From Candidatus Daviesbacteria bacterium (GTDB lineage: Bacteria > Patescibacteriota > Microgenomatia > Daviesbacterales > UBA10151), in the NCBI GenBank assembly GCA_016186955.1, contig JACPKP010000009.1, positions 225,595-289,594 on the forward strand: a stretch of 64,000 nt of DNA. The letters are read 5' to 3'. Made by a program: the position numbers and the translations under genes. Every line of letters starts with the position of its first letter. The first letter of the stretch is position 1. This document shows positions 29,874 to 37,005 of this stretch, piece after piece. Under the pieces are notes generated by a model. The model ran no database searches and was not told the origin of the DNA. It worked only from the letters and a program-made list of their open reading frames with translations.

Positions 29874-30862
29874 TAATCAGAAATATTATATATGATGCTT
29901 GAACCTGTTTTTTCAAATGCAAAAGGGACATGCAATAACTTATTAAATTTTCTTAAAAACTTTTTTTGCATTGAGGGTTCCACAAAGAAAACGATAAACC
30001 CACCACTGCCTGCTCCGAGTAGTTTACCCCCCAACGCACCAGCGCTGATGCCCTCACTGTAAATCTCATCAATTAACTGGTTACTTATATTAGAAGCCAG
30101 GCTTTTTTTAATTATCCAGTTTTCGTGTAGTAGTTTGCCTAAGGTTTGTGCAGAAAAATTAGTGCCGGTTAACTTTTCGTAAGCTTTGGCTGTAATTTTT
30201 GAAAGAGCATGAAGTTCATTAAATTTGTTTGGCGTATTTTTAATAAGTTGTGCTGAAATGTCCGAAGCTCTTCTCTGGAATCCGGTAAAGAACAAAAGTA
30301 TATATTTCTCAAGAGCTTGTATTCGCGACCTGGATATTGCTAAGGGTTCAACGATAATCTTTCCATTTTTTTGAAATAAAATTCTATTTAAGCCTCCGTG
30401 TGCAGCAATGGTTTGGTCCTGTGAACCTACATTTTCCTTAATTTTATTCTGTTCAATTTCTATGGCGTCTCTTGCCAGTTGTTGTTTTGAAACAGATTTT
30501 CCGAGTAAAGCGTATAAGGAATTTAAAAAACCGACTGTAAAGGATGAGCTGGATCCTAAACCTGACATTGCCGGCAAGTCACTGGTATGAACCATCTCAA
30601 TCCCGGAGTTAATATTTAAGAAGTTAAGCGTTTCTTTTACTGCTGGATGTCTGATCTGGTTTATGGACAAAGTTGTTTCCCTATGGGTATATCGGATCCT
30701 GTATTTATATGGGAAAAAAGGAGGGAGATAACGGGTAACAATATAACAATATTTATTGATTGAAGTGCTGATGACAGATCCACCAAATTTACGATACCAT
30801 ATTGGATAATCAGTTCCTCCCCCAAACAGGGAAATCCGGAATGGTGTTCTGGATATTACCAT
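29873..30862 (-). CDS. hddA: GHMP-family sugar kinase, HddA-like (D-glycero-alpha-D-manno-heptose 7-phosphate kinase)
   Basis: MVISRTPFRISLFGGGTDYPIWYRKFGGSVISTSINKYCYIV...DLPAMSGLGSSSSFTVGFLNSLYALLGK...GSQDQTIAAHGGLN lines up with HddA from Aneurinibacillus/Campylobacter (MIITKTPLRVSFVGGGTD...PSGTGLGSSSAF...GKQDQY). Confidence 0.75.
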   Translation of the reverse strand: MVISRTPFRISLFGGGTDYPIWYRKFGGSVISTSINKYCYIVTRYLPPFFPYKYRIRYTHRETTLSINQIRHPAVKETLNFLNINSGIEMVHTSDLPAMSGLGSSSSFTVGFLNSLYALLGKSVSKQQLARDAIEIEQNKIKENVGSQDQTIAAHGGLNRILFQKNGKIIVEPLAISRSRIQALEKYILLFFTGFQRRASDISAQLIKNTPNKFNELHALSKITAKAYEKLTGTNFSAQTLGKLLHENWIIKKSLASNISNQLIDEIYSEGISAGALGGKLLGAGSGGFIVFFVEPSMQKKFLRKFNKLLHVPFAFEKTGSSIIYNISD

Positions 30863-30871
30863 AAAGATTGT

Positions 30872-31855
30872 TTAAACAAATCTTTTTGCATAAAAGACAT
30901 TATATTTTTTGTTTATAACACTACGTTTTTTCAAAAACCAGTCAATCGTTTCTTTGATCCCTTCCTGTAAACTTACTTTAGGATTATAACCAATAGATTG
31001 TGCCCTTTGGATATCCATAATCCTCATCCTATCTCCGCTTTTTTTTGATTTATCCCAAATTACTTTAGGAGGTTTTTCAATACTTTCGCAAATTGTGCTC
31101 ACCAGCTCTTTTATTGTGACGCCGGTCCCGCTTCCTAAGTTTAAAGCGCTCCCATCAGCATGTTTCATTGCTAAAATCATCCCTTCAGCAACATCCCTTG
31201 AGAAAACAAAATCCCGTATTTCGGATCCGTCCCCCCAAACAGTAAGAGGATTTTCGCCGTCTAGGACCCTTCTGATTAGGGAGGGTACGACCATAGCGTT
31301 TTTAGGATCAAAATTATCATAAGGCCCGTAAGTGTTAGCCGGCCTGACTATTGTTGTTTTGTTCCAGCCAAACTCTATTTTATATGCTTCAACCTGCAAT
31401 TCCCCAACTCTTTTTGCCCATCCGCCAAACCAATCCTTATGGGAGGGGAATGTATGCCATACATCGTCCTCATGAAAAATTTTAGCAGGGCCATAGACTC
31501 CGACAGAGCTTGTGTAAAGATACCTTTTTACTCCACTGATCCGTGCTGCCTCCATCATATTAGTGTTGAACAAAACTCCTGGTACGAAGATACTTGCAAC
31601 TTTTTTTGTTGCGATTCCGGCAGATACTTTAATTCCTGCCAAATGAAAAACATAATCTATGCCGCGGCACGCTTTAATGCAATTATCATATGAAGTAAGA
31701 TTTAGTTTCTTAAACTCTACGTCTTTTGGCAAATCCTTATTCCGTTCCATTGAGACAACCCGGACTTTTGCACCCATTTTGTGAAGAATTTCTACAAGCT
31801 GCATTCCGATCATCCCAGTCCCGCCAGTAATAAGAATTTTTTTATTTTTATACAT
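30872..31855 (-). CDS. NAD-dependent epimerase/dehydratase (extended SDR; candidate GDP-heptose/hexose modifying enzyme)
   Basis: KKILITGGTGMIGMQLVEIL and a YGPAK-type YxxxK block (LYTSSVGVYGPAK). Confidence 0.65.
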   Translation of the reverse strand: MYKNKKILITGGTGMIGMQLVEILHKMGAKVRVVSMERNKDLPKDVEFKKLNLTSYDNCIKACRGIDYVFHLAGIKVSAGIATKKVASIFVPGVLFNTNMMEAARISGVKRYLYTSSVGVYGPAKIFHEDDVWHTFPSHKDWFGGWAKRVGELQVEAYKIEFGWNKTTIVRPANTYGPYDNFDPKNAMVVPSLIRRVLDGENPLTVWGDGSEIRDFVFSRDVAEGMILAMKHADGSALNLGSGTGVTIKELVSTICESIEKPPKVIWDKSKKSGDRMRIMDIQRAQSIGYNPKVSLQEGIKETIDWFLKKRSVINKKYNVFYAKRFV

Positions 31856-31863
31856 GTCTTTTC

Positions 31864-32535
31864 CTAGATTGAATTATTAAATAATTTGTCAAATACTGCA
31901 ACCCCGCGTAGTTGATTAATGCTTGTAATAATTTCATCTGCTTCTGTCAAAAACTCCTGACCCATAGTAGAAGAAACTGCAATACAGTATGCTCCAGCTT
32001 TTTTTGCAGACTTTATTCCCAAGGGTGCGTTTTCTATCACTAAACATTTTTTGATATCTACCGACAATAACTTTGCAGCTTTAAGATAAGGATCCGGGAA
32101 TGGTTTTCCTCTTTTGACTTGGTCACCGGTGATGATAACTTTAAATTTCTTTAAAAAATTTTCAGGTAGTGTTGAGTGTAACCTGTTGTAAAGACCGGCA
32201 GTAACTATGGCAAATGGAATATTTTTTGCGTGTAATAAATTTATTATACTTTTAACGCCCCGATAGAGTTGGAATTTATTGTTCTTCAAATATAGATCCT
32301 CCTTATTTTTAATAATATCTTCTACCAGCGACTTGTCTAACCCGGCCTTTTGGCAATATTTTTTTGCTAATTTTTCTAATTTCATCCCTTCGTAAGGAAA
32401 GTACTCTTGTGCGGAGATAGAAATATTGTATTTTTTCAGCGATTTCAACCAGGCTTTATAATTATCTTCCATTGTTTGGGCCAAAACACCGTCAAAATCA
32501 AACAAAACAGCCTGATATTTTTTTGATGGAATCAT
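31864..32535 (-). CDS. HAD-superfamily hydrolase, subfamily IA (beta-phosphoglucomutase/phosphatase-like)
   Basis: Motif I LFDFDGVLAQT, with later KPFPDPY-type and E-N-A motif III regions. Confidence 0.65.
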   Translation of the reverse strand: MIPSKKYQAVLFDFDGVLAQTMEDNYKAWLKSLKKYNISISAQEYFPYEGMKLEKLAKKYCQKAGLDKSLVEDIIKNKEDLYLKNNKFQLYRGVKSIINLLHAKNIPFAIVTAGLYNRLHSTLPENFLKKFKVIITGDQVKRGKPFPDPYLKAAKLLSVDIKKCLVIENAPLGIKSAKKAGAYCIAVSSTMGQEFLTEADEIITSINQLRGVAVFDKLFNNSI

Positions 32536-33045
32536 TTATTTGAAGAATTCAAGCGTATCACGCATCCACTGCGGAAGATATTTGTAATGAGGGCTTGTCA
32601 CAAGCTTACCGTCAATTACTGATGGAGCATCAATGTAATTAGCGCCCGCATTTTCTATGTCATCCCGAATACTGTAATATCCGGAGACTTTTTTCCCCTT
32701 GACAATTTTAGCCGATATTAACATTTGTGACCCGTGACAAATAGCGGCAATAACCTTTCCTGCTTTTGCAAATTTTGATATAAAATCAATCACAGTTTTT
32801 TCCTGGCGCAGATATTCCATACATTTTGCTCCTCCAGGAATGATTAGTAAATCATAGTCAGAAACCCTCAGATTGGTTGTATCTTTAGTAGGGACAACTT
32901 TAGTTCCGTTTACGCCGAGAACTATCTCTTTATTTTTAATAGCAACATCAACCTTGAACCCTGCTTCCTGAAGTCTGTAATAGGGGTATATATATTCATG
33001 GTCTTGCACATATTTGCCTGTTATAATTAAAGCCCTTTTTTTCAT
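32536..33045 (-). CDS. DJ-1/PfpI family protein (class I glutamine amidotransferase-like fold)
   Basis: A 169-aa protein with the nucleophile-elbow Cys in AAICHGSQML and the overall PfpI length and pattern. Confidence 0.6.
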   Translation of the reverse strand: MKKRALIITGKYVQDHEYIYPYYRLQEAGFKVDVAIKNKEIVLGVNGTKVVPTKDTTNLRVSDYDLLIIPGGAKCMEYLRQEKTVIDFISKFAKAGKVIAAICHGSQMLISAKIVKGKKVSGYYSIRDDIENAGANYIDAPSVIDGKLVTSPHYKYLPQWMRDTLEFFK

Positions 33046-33806
33046 ACAGCCTTTTTAATAAGCAAAGATTCATTTTCAGCAGAAGGGTTTAAGCTATGGT
33101 GTTTTTTCAAATCCCCAAATGAAATTATATCACCAGTGTCCAGGAGGCATGTTTGAGATCCATCGGTTATATTTCCTGTCAGAAGCACCAAAATATCGGG
33201 TTTTGATTGTTTAGTATGATTTATCAAGTGGTTGCTATCGGAAAACTTGACCAAGCTTAAAATACAGTCACCGAACTGTTTCTCTACCCCGTAACGTTTT
33301 TTACTATTATTAAATGATTGATATAATTTATTGTCAAGCTTTGAATAAAATTTTTCATCCTCATATCCTCTTCCTCGTCTTCCATATTTGTCGCTAAACC
33401 TGATTAAGTCCCTTTTGTTGGTCGGTGTTTCTGTTTCTATCACCAACAACCCATTGTTTGAGGTAACTGTTGTAGAATGAAATACTCCTTTGTTAATAAG
33501 CAATCCATGGCAAAGATTAAGTTTGTGGTTTCCACTGAGCGTTTCAACCCTAGCTTCGCCGGATAAAATAATAATAGAGGTTTTTTTATTAGGATGTGCG
33601 TGCATTGAAGTTTGGAAGTTGGGTTTTAAATAAAGCAGCCATACGGCGGTTTGGTTGTTGGAATAAATCAGATATTCATATCCCCATGGCTTTCTTATTA
33701 CCACATTTGAGTAGTCAAAAAAATTATCCAGGAGGTAATCAGGGTTTATTTTAATACTTGACATCTGTCTGATATCTTCGTCGGTTTGATCAATTTTTTT
33801 TACCAT
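33042..33806 (-). CDS. Metal-binding cupin domain protein (possible sugar isomerase/epimerase)
   Basis: Cupin motif 1 with HxH...E (TSMHAHPNKKTSIIILSGEARVE) and a second beta-rich C-terminal half (possible bicupin). Confidence 0.45.
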   Translation of the reverse strand: MVKKIDQTDEDIRQMSSIKINPDYLLDNFFDYSNVVIRKPWGYEYLIYSNNQTAVWLLYLKPNFQTSMHAHPNKKTSIIILSGEARVETLSGNHKLNLCHGLLINKGVFHSTTVTSNNGLLVIETETPTNKRDLIRFSDKYGRRGRGYEDEKFYSKLDNKLYQSFNNSKKRYGVEKQFGDCILSLVKFSDSNHLINHTKQSKPDILVLLTGNITDGSQTCLLDTGDIISFGDLKKHHSLNPSAENESLLIKKAV

Positions 33807-34746
33807 TGGAATTTATAATATATTCTACTGTCTTTACTATTTTACCTGTTGTAGGGGGGAGGTTGTCCAGATGGGGGGCAAATCCGGCAGACCGTTCTTC
33901 CAGTCCGAGCGTTTTGATTGGTTTAAATTTGTTGCCTGATCCGGTGAGTTTTTGGATTATGTCAAAAGCTAGACATTTCAAAGCTCCATTTTCAAAATCA
34001 CCGTCCAGTATCAGTCCTCCAAACCTGCTTTGATTGAGTGAAGCAATAATTTTTTTATTAATTACAAATGGCTTGAGCCATAGCAGATGTATAAGGTTAC
34101 AAACAATGCCATTTCCCTCTAAGGTTTTAACAGCTTCAATGGCGTTGATTCTAGTTGAAGAAATCGCAAATATAGTAACATCAGCTTTAGGTTTAATAAT
34201 ATCTTTCATGTCATAATCTATAGGGAAACTTTTTTTATGCTCACTGATGTACATCGGGTCATCGTGTTCCATAAAATAATTCCAAACCTGTTGGTATTCG
34301 TTGGGTGTCATGGGGGCACAAACAACAATTCCGGGCATCCTAATAAATATACTGTGGTGGCTACCGGATGCCACAGGCCCGATAGCTCCGTCCATGGCTA
34401 TTGAGCGCACAAAAATAGGGCAGGGAATTCCCCACATATCCTTTGATTTTGCTGCGTAATTGACAATGCTTGCAGCGTTGTACCACTGAAAACCCTGGTA
34501 TCTAACTATATAAATTGGCCTTCTGCCCGCTAAGGCCGCCCCTACAGCTATACCTCCGCCGGATACATCAGCCATTGATAATTCAACAAGGCCTTCTTTT
34601 TCACTTAAGTGAGGGATTGTACCACCGACCCAGCCAACAGCTGTTAGACATTGGCCTAATGCCAAACCGTTATTTTTTAACAGGTGATTTCTGGTTATTT
34701 GGCTTATTTTTTCTGCAACAGTCATTTTTTGAGTTGTTTCTTCCAT
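33790..34746 (-). CDS. Thiamine-diphosphate-dependent 2-oxoacid dehydrogenase E1 beta-subunit-like protein
   Basis: LSMADVSGGGIAVGAALAGRRPIYIV...NYAAKSKDMWGIPCPIFVRSIAMDGAIGPVASGSHHS...PGIVVCAPMTPNEYQQV aligns block-for-block with the PDH/BCKDH E1-beta Pyr domain. Confidence 0.65.
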   Translation of the reverse strand: MEETTQKMTVAEKISQITRNHLLKNNGLALGQCLTAVGWVGGTIPHLSEKEGLVELSMADVSGGGIAVGAALAGRRPIYIVRYQGFQWYNAASIVNYAAKSKDMWGIPCPIFVRSIAMDGAIGPVASGSHHSIFIRMPGIVVCAPMTPNEYQQVWNYFMEHDDPMYISEHKKSFPIDYDMKDIIKPKADVTIFAISSTRINAIEAVKTLEGNGIVCNLIHLLWLKPFVINKKIIASLNQSRFGGLILDGDFENGALKCLAFDIIQKLTGSGNKFKPIKTLGLEERSAGFAPHLDNLPPTTGKIVKTVEYIINSNGKKN

Positions 34747-35606
34747 AATTTATCAATAAATTCTTTCGTTTCCTGTTCGATCTTTAAAGCCTGTTTTTCT
34801 AACCCCAAATTTTTAAGATCTTCTTTGACTATTTTAAATCTGTCCCATTCTGGTTCGCTATCTTGTCCGGTGCCATTGTGCCAAAGCACCCTTGTTGTAT
34901 GGATATTTATAAAGCTAGGTAAATTTTTAGCAAGCTTTTTGACATGATGCATAATAAGCCAGGGATCATCGGTGATTTCTACCGCATCCATTCCAAATGC
35001 TTTTGCAACATTAACCATACTCCAGTTTCTTCTAACTGCGACTTTGGTTAAAATTGAAAGTCCATTATCAGTGCAAACAAACAAAACAGGAAGTTTTTTT
35101 GAAGCAGCATAGCCCATTGAACTTATCACATAGTCTTCTTCTGCCGAAGCATCCCCCATAATTGCCAAGACTTTTTGTTTTGACCCCAATGCATATCCTA
35201 CTGCGATTGGAATTTGGTCTCCCATAAGCCCGCTATGGCCAAACATGCCAATCTTCGGGGAATGAATTGATGCAGACCCACCCATGCCTTTGGCGATGCC
35301 GGAAGGCTTGTGCAGTAGTTCGTCAATTAAAGGGACAATTTCTCCCCCGAAAGCTAAATAAATATCATGGCATCTGTGTTGGGCAAAAATATGCGGTTTT
35401 TTATAAGCTATTGATATTGCTGATGAAACAGATTCTTCACCAACTGATAAATAAATCGGCATTTTAATATAACCTTTATCAAAGGCATCTTTGGTATTGA
35501 ATTCGAAATTGCGCGAGATGCACATTTTTTTAAACATCTCCAAAGACTCTTTCTTAGTAAAATGTTTTGAGATATTTTTGATTTCACCGAAGCTTTTTGA
35601 ACGCAT
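34722..35606 (-). CDS. Thiamine-diphosphate-dependent 2-oxoacid dehydrogenase E1 alpha-subunit-like protein (TPP-binding)
   Basis: KGMGGSASIHSPKIGMFGHSGLMGDQIPIAVGYALGSK...LAIMGDASAEEDYVISSMGYAASKKLPVLFVCTDNGLSI aligns with E1-alpha (KGKGGSMHMY...GGNGIVGAQVPLGAGIALA...YGDGAANQG...LPCIFICENNRYGMGT). It is overlapped and coupled with the beta subunit. Confidence 0.65.
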   Translation of the reverse strand: MRSKSFGEIKNISKHFTKKESLEMFKKMCISRNFEFNTKDAFDKGYIKMPIYLSVGEESVSSAISIAYKKPHIFAQHRCHDIYLAFGGEIVPLIDELLHKPSGIAKGMGGSASIHSPKIGMFGHSGLMGDQIPIAVGYALGSKQKVLAIMGDASAEEDYVISSMGYAASKKLPVLFVCTDNGLSILTKVAVRRNWSMVNVAKAFGMDAVEITDDPWLIMHHVKKLAKNLPSFINIHTTRVLWHNGTGQDSEPEWDRFKIVKEDLKNLGLEKQALKIEQETKEFIDKLWKKQLKK

Positions 35607-35657
35607 TTGTAATTTTCAACTAAAGATATCAAATTATCCAGGAAAAGTAAATTGATT

Positions 35658-37001
35658 TTATGTTATTCCCAGATTCTCGAAACTATTATAAAGTTTTAAG
35701 TCTTGTTCACTATCGACTTCATACCAATTACCATTAATTGGTGTAGCAAAAATTTGTAACCCTGTCTTAATAAGCCTTTGCAACAGGGAAGTCATGTCCA
35801 GCTTATCATTGGTGTTTGGATCCAGTGATGCAAGATATTTTTTTATTTTTTTCCAACCGGAAGGGGTGATTTTTAGAAGCCCCATATATTGGCCCTCAAT
35901 ATTTTCAAATTTGTCGGTTTTGTTACCAATTTCCAGCAACACGCCATTTTTTATTTTAAATGTTTCTGCGTCATCTAAAGGATTATTAAATCTTTTTTTC
36001 CATAGATTAAACCAGTTTTTATCATAGGATATTGATACATTACCTTTTGATTTAAGAAGACTTTTCACTGCTTGTTCTGAATAAACAATATCCGAGTAAC
36101 TTATAATACAAGTATAACGGCTGAGCCATTTATCTGCGCACATTAACGAGCTTACCATATTGGTTTTCTTCCAGCGTGGATTGTTAAAAGTTTTTAGATT
36201 AAAGGGTTGTAGTTTTTTTGCTTGATAGCCTGATACTAATGCTATATCTTGGATACCGCCTTTTCTGAGTGCATTAAGCTGCCACTCAATTAGGGGTTTT
36301 CCTTTAAGCATTACTAAACATTTAGGCTTTTTAGCTGTCAATCTTTTCATCCTACTTCCCCGCCCGGCTGCAAGAATGATTGCTTTAGGCGCCTCATGTT
36401 TTTGGGACTCTAAAAAGAATGATTTGAATAAATTGACATTGTCTTTTCTAAATGGCTCCATTCTTTCGGGGTGCCACATAATTGCTTTTATTTTATATTT
36501 TGTATGCTCAATAGCTTTGATGACATTATCTTCTGACCTGGCCCAAACAGTCAGATCATCTGTTGTGTTTAAACTGCCCAAGCAGTGGTAGCTGTTGACA
36601 GTACTTTGTTTCCGGTTGATTGCTATCCTCTGTTTATTTGCAATGTGGCCCTGTACTATTATAAGTTTGACACCAAAATAATCCTGGATTATCTGCATGC
36701 CCCGGCAGACGCCAAAAAGAGGAATATTGTTTTTTATAGAATAAGAAATAAGATATCTTTCAACATCATCTCTTTCTGGTGCAGTTCCACCATATTTGGA
36801 CAGATCATTTCCTCCAGTAAGTAAAAAACCGCTTATTTTCAAGTTTTTAAGATAATTTTTTATTAAATCTATATTATTTGGTAAAAGAGCAGGAATTAGA
36901 TTACATTGAATAAAAAATTTATTCCAATTTTGGGACAGCGTATCCAGTCTTTCTCCGTGTTGGTTGATTACTACATTTTGGGTGACGCCTATAAATTCCA
37001 T
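35658..37001 (-). CDS. Fusion of a class-I glutamine amidotransferase-like hydrolase (Cj1417-like gamma-glutamyl-CDP-amidate hydrolase) to a LicC/MobA-like nucleotidyltransferase (Cj1416-like CTP:phosphoglutamine cytidylyltransferase)
   Basis: N-terminal 200 aa: a peptidase-C26/GATase-1 fold with nucleophile LFGVCRGMQ and an H-E dyad (MWHPER). C-terminal 245 aa: AIILAAGRGSRMKRLTAKKPKCLV (GxGxR sugar-phosphate nucleotidyltransferase motif). Confidence 0.65.
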   Translation of the reverse strand: MEFIGVTQNVVINQHGERLDTLSQNWNKFFIQCNLIPALLPNNIDLIKNYLKNLKISGFLLTGGNDLSKYGGTAPERDDVERYLISYSIKNNIPLFGVCRGMQIIQDYFGVKLIIVQGHIANKQRIAINRKQSTVNSYHCLGSLNTTDDLTVWARSEDNVIKAIEHTKYKIKAIMWHPERMEPFRKDNVNLFKSFFLESQKHEAPKAIILAAGRGSRMKRLTAKKPKCLVMLKGKPLIEWQLNALRKGGIQDIALVSGYQAKKLQPFNLKTFNNPRWKKTNMVSSLMCADKWLSRYTCIISYSDIVYSEQAVKSLLKSKGNVSISYDKNWFNLWKKRFNNPLDDAETFKIKNGVLLEIGNKTDKFENIEGQYMGLLKITPSGWKKIKKYLASLDPNTNDKLDMTSLLQRLIKTGLQIFATPINGNWYEVDSEQDLKLYNSFENLGIT

Positions 37002-37005
37002 TGGA

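Noticed and set aside
33790-35606. I considered a split transketolase (N-terminal and C-terminal halves) supplying sedoheptulose-7-phosphate for the heptose pathway.
   Set aside because: Block-by-block alignment fits E1 alpha (KGxGGSMH...GDGAxxxG...ENNxYGMGT pattern) and E1 beta far better than the transketolase GHPE/GSLGQG/GDGxxMEG motifs.
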